From a virus: a stretch of DNA of 64,000 nucleotides. The notes beneath the pieces are model-generated. The model was not told the origin of the DNA, searched no databases, and worked only from the letters and a program-made list of their open reading frames with translations. The stretch spans positions 27,231 through 91,230 of IMG/VR virus record IMGVR_UViG_3300029813_000617; one strand, given 5' to 3'. The position numbers were made by a program, and so were the translations under genes. Shown one piece after another: positions 18,816 to 28,094 of this stretch; position 1 is the first letter of the stretch, and the number at the start of each line of letters is the position of its first letter.

Positions 18816-20283
18816 TGATCTCCACCTTTGTGAGTGGGATGTGGGGGACTAGATAGGACTTGAAGATAGGCTTGCCTTGCATGGCCTTCTTGGGTCCACA
18901 CCAGTTGAAAGTTAGGGTTACAGCGTCAGGCAGAAGACGTCTCAGTTTGAGTTCGATACCCGAGTTACGCTCAGCCTCTCTAACTGAGATGATATCATCA
19001 GCCAAGGTAGCATAGGGATCTTCCACAAGTGCAGCTGGAGGGAGACCTCGATAGAGTTCCCAAGAACGCTCTGATATCCCCTCATGTCGAGTCTCTCGTT
19101 GAGACCAAGGACCTCTCCAGTTCACAGGTACAGCTACCAAGTCAAGCAGAGGCACATAGTCGAAGGCAGGGCCACGCTTATCATAGACTCGGTGGATCTT
19201 GTCAGAAGGGAGCTTGATGACGCGCAGGAGAGCCTGAGTGACCTTTGGATTCTCCTCATCGTCTCGGATAACCAGGTCACAATCGTGAGGTTTGCGAAGC
19301 TCGTAGACTGCGGATCCTGTGTGGCTAATATAGGAATCAACGATGACGAAGGGGACAAGGCGAAGTTTGGCCTTGCGCAGTTCTCGGTCCAAGTCATCAA
19401 CCATCTCATGTGGCAGGCCGCGCCGCTTCATTTCCTGCAAGGCGAAAAAGTGCGCATTCACGACATCTTCCCTGCTGGCCCCTTCGCCTTTAGCATAGAG
19501 CTGGTGAAGAGAGTCATGATAAGTTACTAGTGCCTCGTCATCCTTGATCTCTCGAGCCCTGGCATAGAGGCTCTTCTTAATCGGAATCTCAATGCCCTCG
19601 CCCTCCAGGGATCGCCTAGCTCTATCAAAGAGTTCCCTCGCATGCCGCTTGTAGCCGCTAGGGTGAAACCTTGCAGCCTCGCGCTCTATGAGTTCTTTGA
19701 GGATTGCACGATACTTCTGCTCAATGAGCTCGAGGGAATAGGCAGGCCCTTTGCCTTGCTGCTTAGTAGACCACCAGGCCAGCAAGATTCGCATGTCATC
19801 ACGTAGAATGGCATTGCCCCGCTTGGTCTTGGGAACTTTCGTGGGATCGTAAGAGGTTAGATCTCTGATCTTCTCCAAATGGAGTTCTTTGGGTGCTGGG
19901 TCAAGCCACTTCCAAGACCTGAGCCAAGTCTGAACTTTGGTATCAGGGGGAACTTGAGTTCGCTTAGGAGGATCATAGGTTTCCAGAACCTGGACTTCAT
20001 AGGCATAAAAGTTCAGGCTGCCTGGCCACCATTCATCCCTTTCCCTCTCAGTGATGCGATGCTTGCTACGGAGACCCCTGAATTCGCCCAGAGTTATCGT
20101 CTTAGGGCTGCCCAGAACGATCTTGCCATAACACTTTAGCTCCTGGTCTTGCTGGTCAGCGAATAGATAGATAGGGATACGGACATATTTGTAAAACCGC
20201 TTCGCCCTGATGATCATGGTCTTGTTGACGGTCATAATCATCTCGGCGTGATGCTTAGGACTTAGATTGAGACCTATTTGCAT
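18787..20283 (-). CDS. Multidomain head-module protein (ASCH-like N-terminus; pol-beta-type nucleotidyltransferase motif)
   Basis: GLNLSPKHHAEMI...KTMIIR at the N-terminus; ISHTGS...HDCDLVIR matches the GS...DxD signature. Confidence 0.55.
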   Translation of the reverse strand: MQIGLNLSPKHHAEMIMTVNKTMIIRAKRFYKYVRIPIYLFADQQDQELKCYGKIVLGSPKTITLGEFRGLRSKHRITERERDEWWPGSLNFYAYEVQVLETYDPPKRTQVPPDTKVQTWLRSWKWLDPAPKELHLEKIRDLTSYDPTKVPKTKRGNAILRDDMRILLAWWSTKQQGKGPAYSLELIEQKYRAILKELIEREAARFHPSGYKRHARELFDRARRSLEGEGIEIPIKKSLYARAREIKDDEALVTYHDSLHQLYAKGEGASREDVVNAHFFALQEMKRRGLPHEMVDDLDRELRKAKLRLVPFVIVDSYISHTGSAVYELRKPHDCDLVIRDDEENPKVTQALLRVIKLPSDKIHRVYDKRGPAFDYVPLLDLVAVPVNWRGPWSQRETRHEGISERSWELYRGLPPAALVEDPYATLADDIISVREAERNSGIELKLRRLLPDAVTLTFNWCGPKKAMQGKPIFKSYLVPHIPLTKVEINEPLFRCYY

Positions 20284-20470
20284 GAACTTCCTCAACTTGT
20301 GTTATAAAAGAATCGAGTTCAGCATTGGTCAAATAGATGCTACATATTCCCTTAGGGCTTATGCAGCGAATCATGTACTCACCACAGTCAAAACCAGGCC
20401 CCTGGTTCTGAAAAAGTTGCAAGGTCGTCCTATCCTGGAAACCTTCGTAAAACGCCATCTTCAGCCTCAT
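20255..20470 (-). CDS. Small hypothetical protein
   Basis: GAGGGG RBS; fills the gap directly after the portal gene. Confidence 0.55.
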   Translation of the reverse strand: MRLKMAFYEGFQDRTTLQLFQNQGPGFDCGEYMIRCISPKGICSIYLTNAELDSFITQVEEVHANRSQSKS

Positions 20471-20482
20471 TTTGCCCCTCTC

Positions 20483-21808
20483 CTATCCTCGCTTCAAACT
20501 GACTCCGAGACCTAGCTGCTCGAGTAGAGCTCCAAAGACACGTTTGCCCAAGTCTGCGTCTATCCATTCGTTCTTTTGAGCAGTATCCAGGGCCTGAGTA
20601 ATGCGACTCATCGCGCCACCAGTTCGCTGGAGATCCCTGAGAGAAATCTTGGGCATGATGATGTCAAGTGCTGTGTCTACATCCTTATCAATTATCCCGT
20701 GGATGATCTTCTGGTCAATCACAAAGTTCAGAATCTCCCGTAAAAATCCTTCGATTTCAGACTGGCGTGCACTGAGAGATTGATAAGCTGGTGCAGCCAT
20801 AGACTCAGCAATTGCTCTGCCTGCAGTGGCGGGTTCGCTGAAGAAGTGGACGGGGATACCCATGCCTCCTAGCGCATAGTTGCGGATGAGCATAGCTTCA
20901 TCAGTGATGTTCTCAGCCTTTAGACCTATCTCCATAGGCTCCCATTTGACCCACTCATTATGGACGAGGAAGGCCCCTGGTTTGGGTGGATTGGCTTCCA
21001 GCTGAGCGACTTGCCTCTTAATTTTGGCATCATCAGCACCCCTCATCTCGACATCCCATATCCAGCCAGCCTCATGAGTCATTCGCTCTAGAGAGTTGAA
21101 GATAAGCTGGTCTAGACAGTCGATGAAGTCAGCTGCGGCAAGAAGGTCGCTAAGGCCCCGGCTTGCATCCCCTACACGGTTGACCGAAAAGTAGAAACAA
21201 TCACCGACTCGCCTTTGGTAGACGGAGGGTGAGTCGAGATCTTCGGATCTTAGTCTCGCCTCTACACCTCGCTCTACATGGATGACTTTGAGTTCCTTGT
21301 TCACACCGGGCTGATCCGTCGATCTGAGCACGACCCTATCATGACGCAACAAGTTCGTGATATCTAGATGGACATCCTCGACTTGGAAGGGGGAGATATA
21401 GGCAAGCTCCACATCCCCGTTGTGCCTGTTCACAGTTGCTGGAACGGTCACTTCGCCATAGAGACTGAGTTCGAAGGCTAACAGAGGCAGGAACCTATCC
21501 AGGTTATGAGTAGGGTTTCCCCAGAACTTCTCGATGCAGGACTGAACAACTGGAGATTTGGCCTTTACACGAACCCCACCGCCAACTACATAGTCTCGCA
21601 TGAGTTCAACGCTTCTATGTGCCAGGGGGTTAAAGCGATAGAGATAGAGGGAAACCTGGAGCATCCGCTCGTGGTCATAGTCGGGCAGATTGCGAGGAGC
21701 TGTATCTGTGAGACGACGCCACTTCCAGGCATCTGTGTCCACTTCTGGTAGTGATGTGTCTACTGCCTCTAAGAGCCGTTTTCTCTGAACTTTTCCCAAA
21801 ACTGGCAT
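20483..21808 (-). CDS. Phage portal protein
   Basis: 441 aa downstream of terL; YRFNPLAHRSV...ELSLYGE...RGLSDL...GIPVHFF...RQ pattern. Confidence 0.85.
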   Translation of the reverse strand: MPVLGKVQRKRLLEAVDTSLPEVDTDAWKWRRLTDTAPRNLPDYDHERMLQVSLYLYRFNPLAHRSVELMRDYVVGGGVRVKAKSPVVQSCIEKFWGNPTHNLDRFLPLLAFELSLYGEVTVPATVNRHNGDVELAYISPFQVEDVHLDITNLLRHDRVVLRSTDQPGVNKELKVIHVERGVEARLRSEDLDSPSVYQRRVGDCFYFSVNRVGDASRGLSDLLAAADFIDCLDQLIFNSLERMTHEAGWIWDVEMRGADDAKIKRQVAQLEANPPKPGAFLVHNEWVKWEPMEIGLKAENITDEAMLIRNYALGGMGIPVHFFSEPATAGRAIAESMAAPAYQSLSARQSEIEGFLREILNFVIDQKIIHGIIDKDVDTALDIIMPKISLRDLQRTGGAMSRITQALDTAQKNEWIDADLGKRVFGALLEQLGLGVSLKRG

Positions 21809-21822
21809 TTCTATACCCTTTC

Positions 21823-22440
21823 TTATCTTGCACTCAGGAACCTTCCACTTGAGTCTCGTTCTCTAATCTCAGGCCTTTGGGTAAGCACAGTTAAGACTTT
21901 CTTATCCGCCCATCCTGCAGCAACACGCTTGTAAAGTGTCCAGACATTCAAATCCAACTCTTCAGCCCATTCAGCTACACACTTCGTTTGACCTCTTACC
22001 GTCAGAAGAACGTTGTTCAGCTTGTTCCGATTTTGCTCCGAACGCGGAACCCAGCGGCAGTTCTCTTTCGAATAACCTTTAGCGGAGTCAATTCTGTCGA
22101 GAGTCATCCCCTCAATATAGCTAGGCCCCATATCTTCCCAAAACCCCATAAAGGAAACCCATCTTTCCGCATACTTGATTCCGCACCCACCATACCACCT
22201 ATAACTCTTGTTCCTCGGATTTGAACATCTGTCTTTCATAGACTGCCAAGAGATATACGGCGGCGTATGACTCATCCCGTGCTCTTCGCCACGGCCTCGG
22301 ATAGGGATTCTACACTCATTCAGATTCCGCCTAACTATCTCACAGGAAGTATGCAAGATGTGAGCTACTTCCTTTTGTGTTCTCCGCTCAACGACGTAGA
22401 GTCGGAGCAAGTCCTCTCTGCGTAGTACTATCTTTCTCAT
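21823..22440 (-). CDS. HNH-type homing endonuclease with N-terminal HTH
   Basis: SWQSMKDRC...YGG.GI...W.SF..F..DMG...TLDRID..KGYS.ENCRW...QNRN. Confidence 0.85.
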   Translation of the reverse strand: MRKIVLRREDLLRLYVVERRTQKEVAHILHTSCEIVRRNLNECRIPIRGRGEEHGMSHTPPYISWQSMKDRCSNPRNKSYRWYGGCGIKYAERWVSFMGFWEDMGPSYIEGMTLDRIDSAKGYSKENCRWVPRSEQNRNKLNNVLLTVRGQTKCVAEWAEELDLNVWTLYKRVAAGWADKKVLTVLTQRPEIRERDSSGRFLSAR

Positions 22441-22473
22441 ATCTAACTTTTCCCTTCCATAATTGCTATGCTA

Positions 22474-22502
22474 ATTGTATATGGGAAGGGAGAATTTGTC
22501 AA
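22474..22502 (-). promoter_or_regulatory. sigma70 promoter overlapping an RBS-sequestering hairpin
   Basis: TTGACA-17bp-TACAAT; inverted repeat TCCCTTCCATA/TATGGGAAGGGA. Confidence 0.7.
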
Positions 22503-22507
22503 CTTCC

Positions 22508-23074
22508 TCACCACCGGTAGAAACAATACGTGAGAGATCGTGAGTGACCCTGAAGTGCTCTAAAGATGAGTTTGGCTCCACTAGTGACAACGAGTGGCTC
22601 AAGTACGAAGTAAGGATCATCTAGGGGGCCACGCAAGGTCTGCCCAAAGAGCTTGGCTGAGTTACCCTTATGGTCTGTGCAGACGAGGGCGATATCCACC
22701 ACATCTCCTGATGCCAAGTTGACCAGGTTCATATTGCCACCTAGCATGATGGGTGAGCCATCTTTCGAGTTGAGCTCCAGCAGTGTATAGGAGGTACCGA
22801 TTTCGGGCAAGAGCTCGTCCTGAATGATGATATCAGGAGTACGAATCTGCTTCTCGAGCCAGTAGCGGAGCTGGGCGCGTAGGCGCTTCTGGATACGGGA
22901 CTCGCCTTCCTTTAGAGACCTTTGGGTTCGAGACTCTACAGCCTGGAGATCTGAGACGAGTTTAGCTATACGACTCTCTGTATGAGCCTCCAGGATGTTC
23001 AGTGCTGCCTTCAGGGCAGCCAAGTCCGCTTCCACAGCATCAACCCTTGTGGCCAGTTTCCTTCGTTTCATCAC
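22508..23074 (-). CDS. Hypothetical protein (coiled-coil N-terminus)
   Basis: 188-aa ORF overlapping the terL C-part stop. Confidence 0.65.
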   Translation of the reverse strand: MMKRRKLATRVDAVEADLAALKAALNILEAHTESRIAKLVSDLQAVESRTQRSLKEGESRIQKRLRAQLRYWLEKQIRTPDIIIQDELLPEIGTSYTLLELNSKDGSPIMLGGNMNLVNLASGDVVDIALVCTDHKGNSAKLFGQTLRGPLDDPYFVLEPLVVTSGAKLIFRALQGHSRSLTYCFYRW

Positions 23075-23949
23075 CGCCTCAGCCTCCTGCTATGACTAGT
23101 ACGAGATCCCCGTCTACCAAAAGGTGAGCGAGAGCCTCGAAGAAGTCTGCCACCACTGTGCAAAGCGGGACCAACCATGCGATTCCCAGGAACGTTGTCA
23201 GGATGTGCAGATATGAAGATAGGGTCGCCACTGGCGAGTCTTGCGCCCTCAATCGCTTTCTGGACTGCGTCCAAAGTATCATTCCGTGAAGTCTTTCCAG
23301 TGAAGCTGACCCACTCATCAACAAAGTCTGATACAGAGTCAGCAGGCTCTATTTGCGTGAGACCTGCCTCGTCAGTAACAAGCTGGCCTCGAACCTTGAT
23401 CTTGCCACTTTCGAATAGAGGAGCCATAGCAACATAGCGAAGCTCAGGAGGAAAGCGGGTTGTGCTCTCGACTATGGGTAAACGCTGTTCAGGGTTGGGA
23501 AGTATGTATCGAGTAAAGAGAGCTTGGGCTGCTACAGCTTCGACGGTAATTTGGGCTGGTCGCCAGACACTCGCCTCAAGATGAATGCGTTGGGCCTGCT
23601 CCAGTGGATCTATTTGTAGATGGTAGGCTGAATTAAGATAGCCATTATGTTGAGAGTCTATACCCAGAACTGCTAGGGCGAAATAGTCCGTGCCTGCCCT
23701 GCCCGATGGAGAGGGGTCAACTCCGATATAGTAGACGAGTGGTGGCAAGTCCTTGTCCAGGTAGAATTGCAACCACTCCTTCTTCAGGAAGGCGGATCCA
23801 AGGTCAATTGGATCGAGCATGTATTGGGAGCTGAAGGGGATAGAAGTGATCTCCATCTTTTTTGCCTGGAGACGCTCGATAGACCAGCGCTCAGGCCAGT
23901 TTGATCGACCATCTTCAGTGATAGCAGGAACTACTAAGATTCCAGCCAT
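23071..23949 (-). CDS. Terminase large subunit, C-terminal nuclease part
   Basis: PAI...WPERWS...SQYMLDP; IGVDPS...DYFA; ITVE; NDTLDA. Confidence 0.85.
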   Translation of the reverse strand: MAGILVVPAITEDGRSNWPERWSIERLQAKKMEITSIPFSSQYMLDPIDLGSAFLKKEWLQFYLDKDLPPLVYYIGVDPSPSGRAGTDYFALAVLGIDSQHNGYLNSAYHLQIDPLEQAQRIHLEASVWRPAQITVEAVAAQALFTRYILPNPEQRLPIVESTTRFPPELRYVAMAPLFESGKIKVRGQLVTDEAGLTQIEPADSVSDFVDEWVSFTGKTSRNDTLDAVQKAIEGARLASGDPIFISAHPDNVPGNRMVGPALHSGGRLLRGSRSPFGRRGSRTSHSRRLRR

Positions 23950-24269
23950 CGACCTTGTCCCAATGCGTTCTCAATCAGATAAATCACCCCATGAGGAACA
24001 TACCTGCTATATCGAATTGTCAGTTTTCCAAAGACACCTTCTGAAGCCCAGGGTCCAAATGGGACCCCTACTTGCTTCGCCACCAGATGCCAATCTATCA
24101 AGAGCAGATATTCCCTCTCGGGATCAATCTCGGTGTCAGGGAACAAACATTCCAGGAATCGGCAGGCATCTTTCTGAGCTGCCTCTACAGCAAGATCATG
24201 TACTCTTGAAAGATCCTCAAGTGTTAGAGGTGTCATTCTCTCATTGTTGGTAGCAGTACATGTTTGCAT
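23934..24269 (-). CDS. Hypothetical protein between the terL halves
   Basis: 111-aa ORF with AGGAG RBS. Confidence 0.55.
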   Translation of the reverse strand: MQTCTATNNERMTPLTLEDLSRVHDLAVEAAQKDACRFLECLFPDTEIDPEREYLLLIDWHLVAKQVGVPFGPWASEGVFGKLTIRYSRYVPHGVIYLIENALGQGRWLES

Positions 24270-24273
24270 CAGT

Positions 24274-24696
24274 CTATCTCCTCAGCCACTCTTGCTCCCA
24301 TTGATGCCAAGAACCAACAGTGCCCAACTGGATCCTCCCTCTCCGATAGCCAAAGAACTCTCTCAGGAAATTCTTTAGCCGCTCCCAGACATAATCAACG
24401 CGACTGGTGGTGACAATCATGGTAAGCCTCACGTACCGCCAGGGGCCTGGTCCCTCTCCCCACGCAGGCAGGGGTGGCTCTGGGCAACAGGCCTCAATAG
24501 CCTCATCACAAGTGACTGGATGCCAGTTCTTAACATCCCTGCCCTCCATTTCCTTCGTGTCGCTAATCTCCCAAGCAGTACAGAGAGGAAACTGACCTCG
24601 ATGACCTCGACCGTGGAAGTCCTTTAGGATCCACTCAATCCTGCGTTTTTCCCGACTTGGCCGTGTGGAAAGAACTCCATATCTAAGCCTTGTCAC
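24274..24696 (-). CDS. Hypothetical protein between the terL halves
   Basis: 140-aa ORF with GGAGG RBS. Confidence 0.55.
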   Translation of the reverse strand: MTRLRYGVLSTRPSREKRRIEWILKDFHGRGHRGQFPLCTAWEISDTKEMEGRDVKNWHPVTCDEAIEACCPEPPLPAWGEGPGPWRYVRLTMIVTTSRVDYVWERLKNFLREFFGYRRGRIQLGTVGSWHQWEQEWLRR

Positions 24697-24709
24697 CTTC
24701 CAATCCTCC

Positions 24710-25636
24710 TTAATCTGTTCTCCTAGCCTCGGCTATTGCCTGCTCATGAAGCTCTTGTCCAGCTAAGGGATCTAGCCCACCTTCCCGCTCCATCTTGTAG
24801 AGCTCACTATCGCGAGGATACTTCCCTGGCAAGACAAAAGCACCTTTCTGCCAGACTGCCATCTCACTAGGAAGATTCTTCCAACGCTCCATTATCTCCG
24901 CATAGATGTCATCCTGACTCCAACGTGAGCCGCTAACTACGACTTGTCCGTCGGGTTCCAGGGTATTGAGGAGAGTCGTCCAGAGCCAATCAGAGGCATG
25001 CTTACGCAGAGCAGGAGAGACAGCCTCCTTTTCCCCTACGATGTCGTCCACGATGATGATGTCTGCTCTAGCTCCTAGGAGAGCAGAACCAATCCCCGTT
25101 GCCAGGAGGGATGAGTGCATAGCGTAGTGGGAGCGGCCTACGACCCGCTTCTCAACGTCAGTCCAGCGGAGCGTCCTTGGTCTGGGGACCAGGAAGCCAA
25201 AGACCTCCTGATATTTCTCGTTTCTGTACATGACATTTTCGATCTCAGACAACCACCACTTGGCCTGAGTTATAGTATTCGATGCTACTATGATTCTGAG
25301 ATCCCTGTTTACCCCTAGTCTCCAGCAAGGATAGGCCACTGAGCCCAAAACGCTTTTTCCCCACGATCGTGGCAGCAGGGTGAGAACCCGCTTCTCAAAC
25401 AGGAGATTCTTGATCATTTCCTTGTGGAACCACTGGAGCTTCAGGGGCACGCCCTTTTGGTCAACAAAGACATACTCGATGAAGAAGGCAAGGTCTGCGC
25501 GAGCTCTTCGAGGGGCTGTATCGCGGACCGCGAATCCCTCAATTAGTGAGTCAGCGAAGGCAGAACGGGGGTTCGTGGTCTTCCAGATAGGTTCCCCCTC
25601 AGGTGGTTTTGCTATGTCGATCGCTGGCTTTGGCAT
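24710..25636 (-). CDS. Terminase large subunit, N-terminal ATPase part
   Basis: LPRSWGKS (Walker A), GARADIIIVDD (Walker B), SGSRWSQDD (motif III). Confidence 0.9.
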   Translation of the reverse strand: MPKPAIDIAKPPEGEPIWKTTNPRSAFADSLIEGFAVRDTAPRRARADLAFFIEYVFVDQKGVPLKLQWFHKEMIKNLLFEKRVLTLLPRSWGKSVLGSVAYPCWRLGVNRDLRIIVASNTITQAKWWLSEIENVMYRNEKYQEVFGFLVPRPRTLRWTDVEKRVVGRSHYAMHSSLLATGIGSALLGARADIIIVDDIVGEKEAVSPALRKHASDWLWTTLLNTLEPDGQVVVSGSRWSQDDIYAEIMERWKNLPSEMAVWQKGAFVLPGKYPRDSELYKMEREGGLDPLAGQELHEQAIAEARRTD

Positions 25637-25651
25637 AGTAACCTCTGATCT

Positions 25652-25680
25652 ATTCTAGCAGGAATAGGAGCACATGTCAA
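25652..25680 (-). promoter_or_regulatory. sigma70 promoter for the terL/head operon
   Basis: TTGACA-17bp-TAGAAT with TGn extended -10. Confidence 0.7.
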
Positions 25681-25738
25681 GCCCAGTAGCAGACTACTAT
25701 CGAGAAATAAGCTCCCAATTGTAGACTGTTGCTAAGAC

Positions 25739-25767
25739 TTGACCTGGGAGCATAGATAGTATAGAAT
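25739..25767 (+). promoter_or_regulatory. sigma70-like promoter for the putative terS
   Basis: TTGACC-17bp-TAGAAT. Confidence 0.65.
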
Positions 25768-25802
25768 GGACTGTGAGGGTTGTATTCATCAGGAGAGGTC
25801 CA

Positions 25803-26405
25803 ATGGCTGGAACAATCACTGACGAAATGCGACGCAAGTCCATCGAGGCTAGGAATGACCCTAGTAGGATATGTGGTGCGCCCGCACCGAAAAGTCGGAC
25901 TGGGATCTGTCGTAACTGGGCTGGGCAGAGGACCAACCACAAGGGTACGGGATATTGCTGGCTCCATGATACGAAACTACCTGGGACAGAGGTAGTAGAC
26001 TTGGTGGTTTTGTCCGATCAGGAAGCTCAAGATCCCGAGATACTGGAACTTCGTCGAGAGATCCAGATGGCGAGAAACAAGCTCCGCCTCTATGCTGAGG
26101 ATAGTGAGGATGATAGTGAGCCTGCTGGGGACCTGAAGACTATGGCCCTACTTCTAGACACCATTCGCAAGCTGGTCATGACCAAGAACAAGATCGAGCA
26201 GGATCGTCGCTACCTGATTCCTGTTAGTGTAGCTGTCAATATGGCGAAGCGTTTGACAGAGCTCATCAGTGAATACTTGCCTGAGGAGCAACGATTCGCC
26301 CTGAGAGATGAGGTCATCGAGTTACTCAGGACTGAGTTGGCCCTGGATAACAAGGGGGCTTGGGTGGATCCAGCAGCTAGGTGGTCAGGGCAAAGAAGAG
26401 GCTAG
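25803..26405 (+). CDS. Putative terminase small subunit (CGA...C...C..H zinc-finger type)
   Basis: ICGAP...CRNWAGQRTNHKGTGYCWLH followed by helical LRREI..AR; adjacent to terL. Confidence 0.6.
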   Translation: MAGTITDEMRRKSIEARNDPSRICGAPAPKSRTGICRNWAGQRTNHKGTGYCWLHDTKLPGTEVVDLVVLSDQEAQDPEILELRREIQMARNKLRLYAEDSEDDSEPAGDLKTMALLLDTIRKLVMTKNKIEQDRRYLIPVSVAVNMAKRLTELISEYLPEEQRFALRDEVIELLRTELALDNKGAWVDPAARWSGQRRG

Positions 26406-26425
26406 GCCATAAGGGAGGAGAAGGC

Positions 26426-26620
26426 ATGAGTGCTTGGCAACAGTTCTTTGTGGATCATCTTATTCTGGAAGACAAGAAGATTATGGAGTTCCTCTCCTGG
26501 CTGCTCATAGCTGGAGACATGATTGGACTCAACCGACACAAGCTCACATATGAACAGCTCCAAGCATTGTATGAGGAAGAACCATGGCAGATACTATACC
26601 AATGCAGGGAAGGGGCATGA
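26426..26620 (+). CDS. Hypothetical protein
   Basis: GGAGG RBS. Confidence 0.55.
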   Translation: MSAWQQFFVDHLILEDKKIMEFLSWLLIAGDMIGLNRHKLTYEQLQALYEEEPWQILYQCREGA

Positions 26621-26787
26621 CCAAAATCTATTGCAGTGGATGTGGTGCGTTCATAGGAGAAGTTGATCTGGAATATGAAGATGACGATGCTGTGAGTGGG
26701 ATATGCACAATTTGTGCTGGTGTGTCATCGACTGCTGAGGCAGATCCTGGCGATAATGGGCATGGGCCACAAGGAGAGATCAGATGA
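26617..26787 (+). CDS. Small zinc-finger protein
   Basis: CSGC...CTIC; ATGA overlap with upstream stop. Confidence 0.55.
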   Translation: MTKIYCSGCGAFIGEVDLEYEDDDAVSGICTICAGVSSTAEADPGDNGHGPQGEIR

Positions 26788-27173
26788 GGAAATGCTCGCG
26801 CTGCTACTTAAGGGGTACGTCGCGACTAGGGCTGTTCAACACTATCATCGGTTGTCTGTTCAACCGCGTTCTGGTGAAGCGGGTAGACAGTGATACCAAG
26901 AAGACTGTTGGCTGGTTTTGGGATAAAGCAACGAATTGGCCCAAGGTAAAGAGGGAGAGAAAGAGAAAGTGTCTTTTGTTCCATCACTTCAAAACTATCC
27001 GCGATACTGGAGCCACCCTCTACCAGGAGTGTCTGAGATGCGGTATGCGCATCGCACGACAGAACGCTTGTGGAGGATATCAGCCGGTAGACCAGCAGTG
27101 GGTTGACACTGGAGAGTGGACAAAGATTGGGAAGCCTCCAAATGTCGATTCCAGCGTCTCGAGATATAGTTAA
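26784..27173 (+). CDS. Hypothetical protein
   Basis: ATGA overlap; Cys-containing. Confidence 0.55.
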   Translation: MRKCSRCYLRGTSRLGLFNTIIGCLFNRVLVKRVDSDTKKTVGWFWDKATNWPKVKRERKRKCLLFHHFKTIRDTGATLYQECLRCGMRIARQNACGGYQPVDQQWVDTGEWTKIGKPPNVDSSVSRYS

Positions 27174-27232
27174 CAGCACTTTTAGACCTGGCCTTTCTGC
27201 GACCAAGTCTAATTGATAACTCTTGGGGGTTT

Positions 27233-27252
27233 AGGGGCTAGGAAGCCCCTTT
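27233..27252. terminator. Hairpin between convergent operons
   Basis: AGGGGCT-AGGA-AGCCCCT flanked by T/A runs. Confidence 0.4.
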
Positions 27253-27260
27253 ATGTGAAG

Positions 27261-28094
27261 CTACGCCATCACAGCGTAGCTCGAGGTGACCAACATCGGG
27301 TCACATCCCCTGGCTGGAGTAAGTCTAGGGCTATAAGAGAGCCAATCTATTAGGTCTAGATTTACTCTAACCTTCACCATCCAGGAGGCGACAATTCTGC
27401 CTCCAAGCTCAGCAAGCTCTTCCTCAAAGAATCCTATTAGCTCAGATGTCATCGCCTCGAGTTCCTCAGCAGTCTTCCTAATAGGAATAAGGCTAAGGGT
27501 CCTTGACATAGCTAACCTTTGAGCTTCTACCTGGACTCCAGGGAGAGCCTTCACTTGGACTTGCTTCTGCCAGATGGTCACATACCCTTTTTTGTCCTCT
27601 TTGGAAGCCTGTACAGTGCGCAGGGGACCTCGGAAGCTCGAACCCTCAGGCATCCTATCCATGATGGTATTCCAGTCAATATCCTGGACTTTGATTTGCT
27701 GGAGACCTGGGATGCCTGGATGGGGACTCTCTACTAGCATAAAGCGGGTCCCGTCACTCTGATGACACCATCGATAGCGGATACCATGTCTGCGCATCCA
27801 CATGCGGTCTGCCTTCCACTTCAGAGAGTCAGGTGAGTAAGAATAGTAGGCCCAGTAGAGCCAACTACCAGCTTCAGAGGCATTGGCAGTCTCACGAATG
27901 ACTGCGGCTTGCCTGCACTCTGGGCAGGCATTAGGACCTTGATAGAGACCACAGTAGATCTGGAAGTTGATGAAGCCCTTAAAGTATGCGGCTACTTTAG
28001 TGAACCAGCCCCCGCATTTTGCCTTTCGAGCTTCCCGCTTAGTAATAGCTGGCTTTCCGAAGTCAAACACTAGCATCCTCCTTAACTTTCTCAT
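27261..28094 (-). CDS. Hypothetical protein with N-terminal Cys cluster (possible replication/DNA-binding protein)
   Basis: 277 aa; CGG...CGL...CPEC. Function is inference only. Confidence 0.55.
   Translation of the reverse strand: MRKLRRMLVFDFGKPAITKREARKAKCGGWFTKVAAYFKGFINFQIYCGLYQGPNACPECRQAAVIRETANASEAGSWLYWAYYSYSPDSLKWKADRMWMRRHGIRYRWCHQSDGTRFMLVESPHPGIPGLQQIKVQDIDWNTIMDRMPEGSSFRGPLRTVQASKEDKKGYVTIWQKQVQVKALPGVQVEAQRLAMSRTLSLIPIRKTAEELEAMTSELIGFFEEELAELGGRIVASWMVKVRVNLDLIDWLSYSPRLTPARGCDPMLVTSSYAVMA

Noticed and set aside
23934-24885. GAATCTT shared at both terL junctions as an excision or splice joint
   Set aside because: Joining at this 7-mer puts the halves out of frame, and no intron or intein hallmarks were recognised.
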